From assembly GCA_013115145.1 (NCBI GenBank), contig JAAPAO010000108.1:1-64000 (forward strand): a stretch of DNA of 64,000 nucleotides, given 5' to 3'. Below the pieces are notes generated by a model that was not told where the DNA came from, did no database searches, and saw only the letters and a list, made by a program, of their open reading frames with translations. Both the position numbers and the translations under genes were made by a program. Numbering within the stretch: the stretch's first letter is position 1; each line of letters starts with the position of its first letter. The DNA is from Perkinsus chesapeaki ATCC PRA-425 (taxonomy: Eukaryota > Protista > Perkinsozoa). Shown in pieces: positions 1 through 11,688 of the stretch.

Positions 1-743
1 CTTCGCATATTGCAAGTGCGCGCTCGCTGATTGCATTATGCAATTTTCGTACAATAGTTCGATAATTCAACTAGTCAGCGACTTCGACAGCCCCACCATG
101 GAGAATTTCTTGCTGGTGCGACCTGAGTGTAAATGCAACGACGCCTATATTAGCGTTTCTGATTCGAAAGACCGATTCTTCAAAAGAAATCGTACCTGCG
201 CTGCAGGAACTGCAGGAAGTAATGCTCACATGAATAGCTTCCGGTAAGTTTCTGAGATGCAAACAAACGCCTTAGTTGAGGCTCAGTGACTAACTCGAGC
301 TGTCCGTCATAGCGGCGATAAGTATCTTCGGATCATCACGGTGGTTTCCCGGATATAAAACACTACGGACCCGTACGGCATTCGCGTGTGTGTGAGTGTT
401 TATAGTCCGACGGCGAATACGACTTGGTCAGACTATCCATTCTACGTGAAACTAGCATTCCCACGGCAAATATGAAGTCCCGGATTATACAGTTAAATAT
501 CGAACTCTTAAACTCAATGTGAGTATTGAACTGAGACTGTCTATATTTGGCTGAGATGGCATCTCGTACGATAAAATGGACTAGGATGACTGCTAAAGCT
601 TCAATAAGCTCTATATCTTTGGACTGTGCCTGAGAAATAGTTCATCTATGCTAGAGCTGTTATACTCAACTACATCCTTAGAGAATGGCAGAAGAGTCTT
701 GTAAGAGACTCAGAATGGGCGGAATGGATCTCCACTTGCTATA

Positions 744-1351
744 TTACTGGACAAAGCCGCACGTTCCATCCAGACAAATAGCGCTTCCGCAGTCCTATCA
801 TAAGCGAGAGGATATCAACGATCGCAAGTGTGGTGTTCGATTAAGGCCTACTTTACTGTCCTTGCATTCCAGCTGACAGAATGGGTGCATGGCGGCAAGT
901 TCGCACTCAGGCTTAGCTGTAACACCTCCGGGTGGAGGCGGGCACTCAGAAGTAGCCTCGCAAGGGGATTTACCACAAATTTGTGTGTTCTGATTCAAAG
1001 GATTTATTGCTATAACGAACTGACAATAATCTGCTTACTTTATAGGTCAAAGGGATCTCCCCGGTTGGGCATGTGCAGTTTTTGACGCGTCCTGCCTGCA
1101 TATCGTAATAGCAATGCCCCTTCGGATTTCCGTAAGGATCTGAACAACACAGAGGTAACATGCATTTACGCCATGCCTATCCCGGGGGGCGAATAGAACC
1201 TCTATTATAGAACCAATCGCGCTATAGTGTAACAGGAACCTCACGGTTTGCGTCGACTCTAAAACTCACCTGAGTTGGTATCAGTTGCAGGGCGGTGATC
1301 GCCTTCAGCCCACAACAATGGCACCAGCGCAATAAAAAATGTTTGCTTCAT
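744..1351 (-). CDS. Small secreted 12-Cys protein (~123 aa, 4 exons)
   Basis: Exons 1351-1270, 1139-1039, 989-852 and 794-744 join in frame via GT-AG introns: MKQTFFIALVPLLWA|EGDHRP...GHCYY...NCTC...TQICGKSPC...CPPPPGG...C...C...C...DCGSAICLDGTCGFVQ*. Signal-peptide-like N-terminus; paralog at 8455-9014. Confidence 0.8.
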
Positions 1352-3020
1352 GATTGCTACTGTATGGGAGGTATATTCAAGCTGTGCGGCGCACAGTGTG
1401 CGCTGCGACACCGTTTTGTAGCGAGACGTGTGATGTGACCGTCCCCCGAACTATGAAGGGGACGGTCACGGCACATGACTTGGATTAGGGAAGTTTTCAT
1501 CTGAGGAGAGATATCGCCGATATCATGTCGAGAGAGCTTAACGTGGCCGCAATCTGACTGTGCCAAAGGCACAACGGCGCGATATCCGATCGAATGTGAT
1601 ATCGAGTAAAATGTGGGGTCGAACTGTTGTGCCAGGTATGGTCATTCGGGTGAGCCTCCCATCGGGACCTCCAATTGAGGAGTGGTGCTGAGAATATCAA
1701 AGCTCTGGCTCCGACAAATGCGGGCGCTACGGACCTGGAAAGCGAGGAAAACGAAGCCTTTAGTAACTAAAGGCTCCAGCATGGTAAGGCGGTTGCGTCA
1801 AAGCCCAGCGTGGAGACAGCCCCGCGCGGCTGTTGATTTGTTCAACGAGAGGCAGCTCACCCGAAGCCTCGATTCAATCGAGTCGATCGGTGGGGGAAAG
1901 GGGTGTATCAACATTATGATCACCCCTTACGTGGTAGACATTACTCATCTCTAGACTGGATATTAGCCTTATCTATAATTCTAAATCTAATACGCCTCGG
2001 TACTAGACGGTCTCGCGAGGCTCACCCTCGGGCGCCACGTCGAGGTTATCGCGATATAGTTTCAAGGTATCCATCGTCTGCAATTGCGTTAATCCAGTAA
2101 TAAGACAAGAGGACTGTCCGCTCCCCATCTCTGTGTCACTTAATGTGTTTGGCTAAACAGGCGCGGTCATTTTGGCTCGTTTATACAGCAGCAGTATGGA
2201 CCGACTAGAGTTTTCACTCAGCTTCCGAAGCTTGAAGTAAACCATTTTTCCAACGTTACTCTTTTGATTCGATCCCCAGAACTGTTAATCGTGCACTACT
2301 CTGCGCACTGCGCAGTCAATGTACATGCGTGCAATAATGATGCGCGCCGCCTCAGGCGGCCATAGCCTGCCCTTGTCCCTGTTATTTGTTCTCACTAAAC
2401 TCTCTAGCATAGGCTAACTATCCCTCAAGGCCCCTCCTGTTGTATATGCGCATTCGAGGTGCTATTATCTCATATACTAACTCTTCGCCCGAACCCAATC
2501 ACAGGCCGATATGCGCGAATCCTGTCAAGGTTGGGTGGGACATACCACCTTACAGGAGGTATGTCCCACCCAACCAGTAATACTGTCTCCTTCTCAGGAT
2601 CGCCACTCAGTAATACTGAGTAACCAGGTTCTCAGTCGCGATCTATAGTTTACGCCACCGCGATCATCGGCAAGGTAATTTTTGCGACAGCCTGCGAGTC
2701 GCAGGTTTCGGACCCCGAAATTCGGAGCAGCGCATTATGGGATTTCCTGAAAGACGAGGCGAGTCTAAGCAGTCGTCAATAGTGCTCTCCGATGCCGTTG
2801 GTTGCGCACTCATATGAGACACCTTTCCATCGGCGATATCACGGAACAAGGCCCATGCCACGGCCAGTAGTTGAAAGAACGATTGTAGGGCGCGTGATAA
2901 ATTTCGAAACTGTTAAGTTTTTACGCACAATTAATCAGCGCACTTCCTCCGATCGCTGAGTTCCGCGTCGAGCTAATTATTCTACTCCTTACAGGCCCCT
3001 TTTTAACCCCTTAGTCCCCC

Positions 3021-5088
3021 ATGTCTCATTTGTTGAGGCGAGTGCGATTGCCCGTGATCTCGTTACTGTGGATGCATGTGTTGAAGTCAGTAACAGCCTA
3101 CGAGTTTGATGCGTAAAACTTTAATCAAAGTGTATCTCAAACGGTGCTGTCGTCAGATACAGCGGCAAACGGGGCTGGCTAGAAGACCACAACTACTTCC
3201 GTTGTCTTCATGGCGCTCCTCCTGTTGAATGGGACAATGAGCTCGCAAAGAGATCTGAGGATTGGGTCCAGCAGCTCTCATCTCTCCGGGAGCCCCAGCA
3301 TTCCGATAGTTTTAATAATCCCCCACCCTCTGCTGAAAGCATTATGTGGTTTACCGGGAGAGCATCTAAGTTCTGCCGTCAAATGGAGCAAGACTACAAT
3401 CAGCACTGTGCAGTGTTAGGATGGTATATGGAGTACGACGAGTTCTACCGATGTCACAGTGATATAGACTGGTGGACTCTCGACATAAAAAACATAGGGC
3501 ACTTCAGCTCCCTAGTTTGGCACAATATCGACCGAATAGGCTGTGCTCAATACGGTGACTTCTTCGTCTGCAATTACGGCCATTCAAAGTGCAGAAAGCG
3601 CCCTAATGATGACTATACCTGCCTTTGGAACAACCCAGATGCCACGCTACTGCCAAACGTTAATCTACAGTCCCGCTGTAGCACGTCTTACGATCACTGT
3701 ATCAAATGCCGAGACGACGATAAATTGCGAAGTGGTACGTGCGGACCTCAAAAAGTTCAATTGGTGAGTTAATCCGAAAGGGTCCGCATTTTTGCCATTC
3801 CCCCTATCAGAATCAACCCTATGGCCATGCCATGGACAAGCCACTCACAGTAAGCCCATCATGCACTTTCGATACACTCTTTAATATCAAGTCACTATGC
3901 AGTTAGTTCGCCTTTGTCAGGCCTCGTCGTGGGATAAGGTCGCTAGAGAACTGGGGATAGATGTAGGCATGGCATTGAGAAGGTCGGTAACAGATTGAGT
4001 CTCGTTCAGGCGGTTAATTACAACGTTCATGGTGATGAACTGTCGAAGCTGCGTGATCGCCTGGATGTGGGGCACGCTTCATCGAGGAAGCTCTTGACGC
4101 TTCTATTGGCAGGTCGTCCTGGAGCCTAAACGAGAGAAGTATACTACACAGGCTCCTACCACTACAACGACAACAAAACCCACAACAACAGCGACAACGC
4201 GATCCACCACTACCAAGACTACTACCACTACAACTACCAGAACGACGACCAGGAGAATGACAACAACAAGGAGCACTACTAAGAGGACAACAACGACAAC
4301 TGAGAGGACTCGCACCACAGCAAGGCCTGAACCAGAGGAACCAATCTTCTCTGAGGAGTCGGGCGGTGGTGGTTATGATAAGATGACTTATCAAGAGCGC
4401 CATGTGATAAACAGGGTAAGCAAGGAGGAGTTTATTTCCCCTAGTACCCTCCACAGCACTCTCGTGGTCGATCCAACTCGTACAGTAGGAGGCGCGGCGG
4501 CAGTGGACACTATCTGGCAGCAGACCACGATGCTACCTTTAACGTATCAGAGTATCTTCGGCGTCTAGTGACCAACGTTTCACCTCAGGGCACCATGCCA
4601 AGGCTTACTTTCGGTGAAACATTCGATCTTCTCCGAGATGGCTTCCAAGACGACGAACTAGTACCACTAAGTTGCATGACGATTAGTGCAATATGAAAGC
4701 CTCTTCAGGTCCCAGCTGATTATAGAAGGAATACGCAGTTGAATTCGCGGATACGAGTCCATGCCGATGTACACAATCGCCATATCGCTAGCTTGAGATC
4801 CCTTCTTCAGGCCTCGGATAGATCCGCCGACGGTCAGGGCGTCTGGGCGAGGATTGCCGCCCGCTCCCACGCTACTGTGAGCGAGATATCGTACATTCTT
4901 ACTGTGTTGTTGCCGTTCACTTTTTAAGATCCCTAGCGAGCACCTTACAAGTGCTTGTTTTATTCCACCTATTGTCGAGTGATGATGATCGTTCGAAGGG
5001 CGGCTTTGGCAGCCCTAGCAACAGCCCTGTGTATTCTCACTGTCCTCTTCTTATCATTATTATTCTTATTTCCATGCTTACAATGTGA
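3021..5088 (+). CDS. CAP/SCP/PR-1 family protein 1 with Thr-rich mucin stalk and probable GPI-type hydrophobic tail
   Basis: ATG 3021 gives a signal-like MSHLLRRVRLPVISLLW. A 44-nt intron (3113-3156) joins it to GWLEDHNYFRCLH...AESI...GHFSSLVW...IGCAQY..FFVCNYG (CAP signatures). Thr-rich exon ~4113-4560; terminal LLIIIILISMLTM* at 5088. The 3' exon boundaries are approximate. Confidence 0.75.
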
Positions 5089-5186
5089 ATTGTGGATACC
5101 TATGTGAAGGATGCTTTTTAGTGCACTCTGCACAGCGTTGCGTCGTCAATGCTTGGACCACTCCTAATTGCTCAGGCCTCTTTTTT

Positions 5187-6784
5187 ATGTTTGGCATCAA
5201 GCCGTTCCTCTTCGCTTTCACTACTTTCTACAGCACTCGTGGTTGGGAATACCAGGCTGCTGGTGGCCAAGAGGGCTGGGTTCAGGACCACAACTACTTC
5301 AGATGCCTTCACTACGCCAAACCTCTTGTTTGGGACAACAAGCTAGCACACAAGTAGGTGACTCTGGGGATCCAGTTCCGGACTACTGTCCAGAGAGTTT
5401 TAGAGGTAGAAGTACATTCCCATAAGGAATGCACTCTACGCTCTCTTACGCTCCAAGAACTCGCTGTCTGAAGGAGTTCTATCAGTTGTCTACATTAGGA
5501 AAGCTTTTGGCGCCTGGGCTACAGCCAGTTAATGTGTTGGGTGTTTTAGGGCCAAGATTGTCGCCGAGCACATTCAAGAGGTCAACATGCTCAGTCATTC
5601 GCCTAGCTACGACCAGATGCCTCCATCGGGGGAGAATCTTGCCAATGGAACGATGGGAGCGCCGTCATGGTGCAGCAAAAGGAGCAATATGTTCAACCAG
5701 CACTGTGCGGTGGGTGCTTGGTATAAAGAATATGAACAGTACTGGAAATGCGACCCTAGCAAGGACTGGAAGACCATCCATAGACTGGGCCATTGGACGG
5801 CAATGATATGGAAGGGCACCAACACAATCGGTTGCGCTGTCTCCTCCTCCGGTCACCATTATGTCTGCCACTACGGAAATGATAAATGCGATTCTACGAA
5901 AGACCAGTGTATGATAGAGTCTAGAGCTGAGCAACCGATGGGCATGCCTAACTTCAATACTCCTCAGTGTCGAGGAGATGAATGTGTTGCGTGTCTGGCA
6001 GGAACAGATGCCCAGAGGAAGACGAGAGAGCAGTTCTGCCGACAGGCTAACTTGAATGTAAGTCCGATTGCTAAGTCCAGGTGCAATGAGGATTTCATCT
6101 CAGAACGATCCGCCGTATCAGCTACCTGGTCGTGATCCTACCAAGACATACAGAACACTTAGCCCGCCTAAAATTGTAGGCAACGATCCCTCTAAGTGGA
6201 CTGTTAAGGATGGTGGATGGCGTGAGACTTACACTAGTGGCAAAGACGGCACACCCAGTAAACATGTCCCTGATCCGAACTATAGACCAGAGCATGATAC
6301 TGAGGCACCGCAGCCTACCCAACCAAGGCAACCAGCCACTACAGCGAGACCGCCACCGCCAGCGCCTACTAGACAACAGGAGCGTCCAAGGCCGACTAAT
6401 GTGCAGCCATCCCAGCAGCCTAGTCCATCTGGGAGTTCGATAGATATCGCCGCGATGATTAGGAGCACAATGGGTCAGTATGCGTCACGTCTACCGGAAG
6501 CCATACAAACCTTTAGTAGCGATAACCTTCCCTTTGTGCGTCAACTCGGCGCACTACTCAGCATCGTACAGTCTCATGGCTCCAGGAATGCCAAGATGGA
6601 ACCATCGTATCTCGGCAGGACGGCAACCCAGGTGTTTGGCATATCGAGCAACAGTCAGTGCTGTGAGTGGGTCAATAAAGCTGGTGACCATCTCAAGTCC
6701 ATGGCGTCCAAGCGAGAGTCCAAGAATATTGATAAGCTCGGCGACCTATTAAAGCAGCTTGCCTCATCGTTCCCAAGCGGTTAA
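5187..6784 (+). CDS. CAP/SCP family protein 2 with Pro/Thr/Gln-rich linker and C-terminal helical region
   Basis: MFGIKPFLFAF... then GWVQDHNYFRCLH; introns 5354-5549 (phase 2) and 6058-6103 (phase 0); motifs GENL, GHWTAMIWK, IGCA, YVCHYG. Confidence 0.85.
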
Positions 6785-6970
6785 GTTGATTCATGTCAAA
6801 GTGTCCCATGCGACTTCGTGGGCACATAAGCACTTGTAATGAAATCCTGTGGATTGTGAAGATAACAGTGGAGTTGGTGTTGTGGGTGGAGGAGCACAGT
6901 AGCTGTCTGTTTCTGCTGCCAGGCCTCTCTTAATTACATTTGTATGCAAACACATCACAGCCGACGACAC

Positions 6971-7805
6971 ATGGGCACATCCCTCCTGATGGCGAACATC
7001 ATAATCGTTATAGCAGTGAGCGATCTTTGGACTAGCATTTCACCTCTAGTCGCCACGTCAGGTCATGCTACTAGATATTCCTAGTGGAGCACTGGCGGTA
7101 AGACTAGCTTTGCTGTTCGATCTTTCATATGACTGTTCTTAGATCAAGTTAAACAACGACAACCATGTAGTCCATCGCCTCGGAAGCCAGGTGGGTCTGG
7201 TTTCGCTCCGCTGCGGTCGACCTAACCGGTGCCCTTCAGTTGACCCTTCTGCCTCCTCCACCGCCACCACCTGCCGTTGACGTAGGGAATGTGGTCCTTC
7301 ATGCACTGCCCCAAGTGGTCGTATGATAGGATGGTGAGCCTGAGGGTACTCCAGACCCTGAGGAGAAGGAAGACTCGTCTGAGCTTGGTGAGCCGTCTGA
7401 GGAGAATGATGACGACGTCGTGGTTGAGCCGCAAGCGCTGCCGGAGGACTCTCCTCAAGAAATGGTGCGTGTCTGGGTGAGTGGCTGCAGTGAAGGGGCT
7501 TTGCTTTCAGGCCGATGAAGATCTTGGGCCTGACGAACCATTGAGGTTGTCCTCTAGCATTGATGAACCTTCAGAGGCCAATGACGTGCCAACATCGAGT
7601 ACCTCGACAACCACAACAGTACGTGATGAAGGCTGAACACTTTATAACTGCTGCCCTTCAGACAACGCGCTCCACTACAATAGCCCGACCGTCCACTACA
7701 ACGGCGAAGACTACTCCTAAGGCAACAACCACTACCCGTCCGACTACAGTGGCCGGGAAAGGATCTGATAAGGTGGGCAAGGTCTTGAGTCTTTGGGTCG
7801 AGTAA
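6971..7805 (+). CDS. Secreted acidic/Thr-rich mucin-like protein (multi-exon)
   Basis: Hydrophobic start MGTSLLMANIIIVIAV. Exons encode a poly-Pro run, DGEPEGTPDPEEKEDSSE... and TTRSTTIARPSTTTAKTT, and are separated by ~45-nt GT-AG introns. Confidence 0.6.
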
Positions 7806-8454
7806 TGTATGGCGCTCTCAGCCCTCATCTGCAACCTTATCATCCAACATAGCTTCTCTGGTCTACTGCAGTGCTCTTGTTCTACCGCTAATCTTTTAAG
7901 GATTGTTATGAACCATGATCGTGAAGCGCTTTCGCTGTCCATGTTACAACACCATTGTGTTATCCTTTCACTGATGTTGGGTTATAAAGTCGGCATGTCA
8001 CGACCAGTGCCTCTTTATAATAAGATCCAATAACGATCGCGCTAGTATCGACCAAACAATGTTACGAGTATTTACAGTCGGACAAGCGCTTAAGAACTAC
8101 GGCAGAATTCCTCTTTGTGGGGGATGATTGGAGCCAAGAACATTTTGATAAACGATAATGATGTATGCCCTACAAATATGAACCTACTGGTACCCGGATT
8201 CCAAGAGCAACCCTCTGTTTACTATTCACGATTGCTAACACAAAGCCAAAATTAAACTGAGAGAGCTTAAATTGTTTGCCCAGTCTCGAAATCTCGTATA
8301 AGCGAGGATCTCTAGAGCTTCAACAAGCCTCAAACTGGTGGACTGGGCCTATGTGATAAATGATCCTCATTCGTTAATCCTTTCTGCATATCCCCTTACG
8401 TTCTTAACGGATATCTAGTCTCAGAATCCGAAGTCGAGTGAGAGAGATGGTAGT

Positions 8455-9014
8455 CTATGGGAGATTGTAGTCAGCCGGGGGAAGTCTTTTACGGGGGAAG
8501 CCGCACCATTTATCGTTACAAACGGCCCCTCTTCCACAGTCCTGTCACAAGTTAATTTAAAGTCGGAGAGCTGTGTTCTCTTAGTAGCTCACCTCATCTT
8601 TTCCGCAATCCAGTACACAGACGGACGGCTGGCGTGGTGCGAGGCAGTCAAGCTCCACGTTGAGACCTCCTGGTGGCGGAGGGCACAGATAATCGACTGT
8701 GCAAGGAGATGGGCCGCAGACTTGGGTTTCCTGATAAAAGCAGCAACATGCAAAGGTAAGAATGAATCGGATTGACCGAATCAGTTACCAGTCGTGCGAA
8801 CATGTTAATACTCCGAAGGTAGATAAAAAACACGTCAACCCTTCTGAACGGTGAATCTTCGGGAAGCATAATCTCGAATAGGCTCCGTGTAAACGCAGAC
8901 TCACGGTTAACATTGGACAGAATACTCACCCAGGATGTCATTTGGAGGGAGGGGATTGTCTTCAGCAAGGCAGAGCAAGGGGATGAATAGAATGGTGAAG
9001 GCTTGTTTCATCAT
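8455..9014 (-). CDS. Paralog of the 12-Cys secreted gene (possibly frameshifted/pseudogene)
   Basis: MMKQAFTILFIPLLCLA|EDNPLPPNDILG with a phase-1 GTGAGT donor; ETQVCGPSPCTVDYLCPPPPGG...C...C...C; phase-0 intron, then DCGRGAVCNDKWCGF. Intron positions match 744-1351, but I could not make exon 2 join exon 3 in frame. Confidence 0.65.
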
Positions 9015-9356
9015 CAACAGATGAAGGGATATGGAGACTCTGGGTTCGAGAGTATTGGTGTCTCGTCGCAGCTCAACGTGACGGCTAGTTTGTGACCGTC
9101 TACCTGAAGGTCACACAACCGAACGTGACATATGGATAGAATCCGAGCGCTTCCACGGGTCGTAAAGAATTGTAGAGGAAAGCCTTCAAGGGTGTGACAT
9201 TCGTAGGGGCAGAATCTGATCTTCATGGCGTGACAGGACCCTATACGAACATTCTGGTTAACACGTCATCAGAACCTCGAGTGTAGAACTTTTGCTACTA
9301 ACACTGGTTCTACATCACACCAATGATAGCTGAAAATAGACGAGAGAATCACAGCC

Positions 9357-9834
9357 TTGCTAGCACTGATAAAACTCAACAATCGGGCTCAGCAACCGAT
9401 GGGCCTGCCCAACTTCAACACATTTGAGTGTCGAGAAGATGTATGTGTTGCGTGCTTGGCAGGAACAGATGCCCAGAGGAAGGCGAGAGAGCAGTTCTGC
9501 CGACAGGCTAAATTGAATGTAAGTTCGATTGCTCAGTCCAGGCGCAATGGGGACTTCATCTCAGAACGATCCGCCGTATCAGCTACCTGGTCGTGATCCT
9601 ACCAAGACATACAGAACACTTAGCCCGCCTAAAATTGTAGGCAACGATCCCTCTAAGTGGACTGTTAAGGATGGTGGATGGCGTGAGACTTGCACTAATG
9701 GCAAAGAAGACACACCCAGTCGACCCCCAGTGTCCCTGAGCCAAACTATCCGTGTGACTCGGTGCCCACACTGTGGGCCCCACAGAATCTCCCTCAGATT
9801 CGACCCCGGGAAGCAAAAGCACGTGGCCGTTTAG
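9357..9834 (+). pseudogene. 5'-truncated duplicate of CAP protein 2
   Basis: Near-identical to ~5925-6290, including the 46-nt intron, so the duplication is DNA-level. It lacks the CAP core and is frameshifted after ...TPS (11 nt replace 6 nt; VPEPNY continues in another frame). Confidence 0.8.
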
Positions 9835-9974
9835 CATAGCATAGCATAGGCCGTTTACTGCAACGCCGTTGTTCTACCGCTGGTAAACTTATAATGGTTA
9901 TGATGAACCATGATCGTTTGATTGTGCTGTCGTTTTACTGCTGTTGGGTTATAAAGTGAGAATTATATAAAGTA

Positions 9975-10181
9975 CAGTACGCGACATCTAGAGATGCGCG
10001 GTGTGGACGGGCAAAAATATCGATAAGTTATCGAATTCCGAGCTAATTCCTTCTCTATCAAATTCTCCGCAGTCGATTACCCATAAATCGAGCTTGCCTC
10101 GCTCTAACTCGACAAAAACTTTGACATAGTTATCGATATTTTTGTCCGTCCACACCGCGCATCTCTAAATGTCGCGTACTG
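9975..10181. mobile_element. Tc1/mariner-type MITE, 207 bp
   Basis: 52-bp terminal inverted repeats (CAGTACGCGACATCTAGAGATGCGCGG...; 2 mismatches) at 9975-10026 and 10130-10181; TA on both sides (9973-74, 10182-83); no coding capacity. Confidence 0.85.
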
Positions 10182-10489
10182 TATCATACTGTGAGTATGC
10201 CACGAGCAGTACTTCTTTGCTGTGCTATGAATGTCTCGTAGTGCTTCATGCCTCGAGCATCGGCGCCATAATGAGCTACCACCGTCTGGTGGCCGAGCAC
10301 CACACTGAGCACACACCCTTATTGTTCTTCTCATCTCCACCTTCGTGGCCCCGTGTTCGTGGTTAGCAGTGTGCACGAGTGTAGCGTTTGTGAAATCCAC
10401 GAGCACAAAATTCAATTCCTTGAGTACGGCGATGCTCTTGTTGGTAACTCGGTGTCTTGCCGGAGCTTGGGCCGGTCAGCAGATCGCAA

Positions 10490-11063
10490 TTACGACTCGT
10501 AATCTACAAGCAAATGACCGGTGTCCATTGACCGCCTGCATATGAGATCTGTCGTTTGTGATATTATTCGGTAATAAGTAATCAGCAAGTGCATGGTAAC
10601 TGGAACCCGGGATATGCTATGGCGTATGGCGCAGGCAATTATTTCTTGTGGTGCCATTCTCGGCAAGACTCCAGTTTTGACCTTGAAGGCTCCTTCCACA
10701 GAACCTAAAGGAAGGAGAGGTGGTGAGCAGCTACACTAGACTTACCATTACCTATTGTAGCTATGGCGTAACCGTTGAAGCTGCTTTTCAGTGGAAAACG
10801 ATACTTGTCTTTATAGGGCTGAACATCCATCGCGGACTTATGTTCCTGATGAATTACAAATGAAATCAATAATCTGAAGACGATCAATGTCCAGTGGACA
10901 TTGATGTTCAGACGGGTATCGTCAACTCAATTACGCCGTGAAGTTCAGTGGAACGAGTATTGGGAGCAATCTGAGGAGAATATACTCCGAAATGCAAATT
11001 GCACTGTAATATAAACCCTGTATACTGAATACAGAAGACGATAGTCCGAGCGTAAAAGTTCAT
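10490..11063 (-). CDS. Hypothetical multi-exon protein
   Basis: ATG 11063; phase-consistent exons MNFYARTIVFC...LHG|EHKSAMDVQPYKDKYRFP...IATIG|SVEGAFKVKTG...; 3' end uncertain. Confidence 0.45.
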
Positions 11064-11688
11064 GGTGTCTAGCTGTAAATTAAACGGTATAAGTTTAAAT
11101 ACAATGTCGTAAACTAAACTTCTATTTACAAGTAAGAAGGATGTACACAAAACACACACCAACTCGCGAAATTGAATATATCGAGCTATATGATTTCCAC
11201 AAAAATATATGTTATACTGAGCTCACCCGGTAACAAATTTGACCTTCATCTCGAAATTATACAGTTTGGGACATGAGAGAAGAAAATATTGTTATGCAAC
11301 GCTTCTATACACAGCGTCGCGCAAAAATAATAACCGGGACCTCTCTAGACCTATTCGGGCTTCAACAGGCATTTTAGGGTTTTAAAGGATGTTTCGGGCC
11401 AATAAAGGATTTTTCGGGCGCGCGCCGGTACCAGCGAATCCGCACCCAACTGCATCTGGGTTAGCCATAGTGGGTTCCCATATGGCCTCGGGTTTCATGG
11501 TACTCTTGCATCCTTCTTATTCAATGTTATTTACATGTTGTAAATTACATTTTAATGACCGACGGTATCACCACTATTTTTTGGGCGAGCGAGGTCGTTC
11601 CTGCGCTTTTCCATAATTGAAGAGCGCATGATTACTATCCAGTAAACATGGCCGCTAAATCTCCCATCAGGTCTCATTTTTAAAGATC

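Noticed and set aside
2168-2178. CATTTTGGCTC, matching part of the dinoflagellate/perkinsid spliced leader
   Set aside because: Only 11 nt, lacks the terminal AAG and is not adjacent to an ORF start; compatible with chance.
4103-4318. Poly-Val minus-strand ORF
   Set aside because: Antisense shadow of the Thr-rich (ACN) stalk of CAP1.
8648-9226. ORFs that superficially resemble retroviral protease/RT
   Set aside because: No D-[ST]-G or YxDD motif; the region is better explained by the spliced Cys-rich paralog and its upstream flank.
10960-10990. YSPQIAP resembling the mariner YSPDLAP motif
   Set aside because: No other DDD transposase motifs; it lies in a spliced gene with a hydrophobic start.
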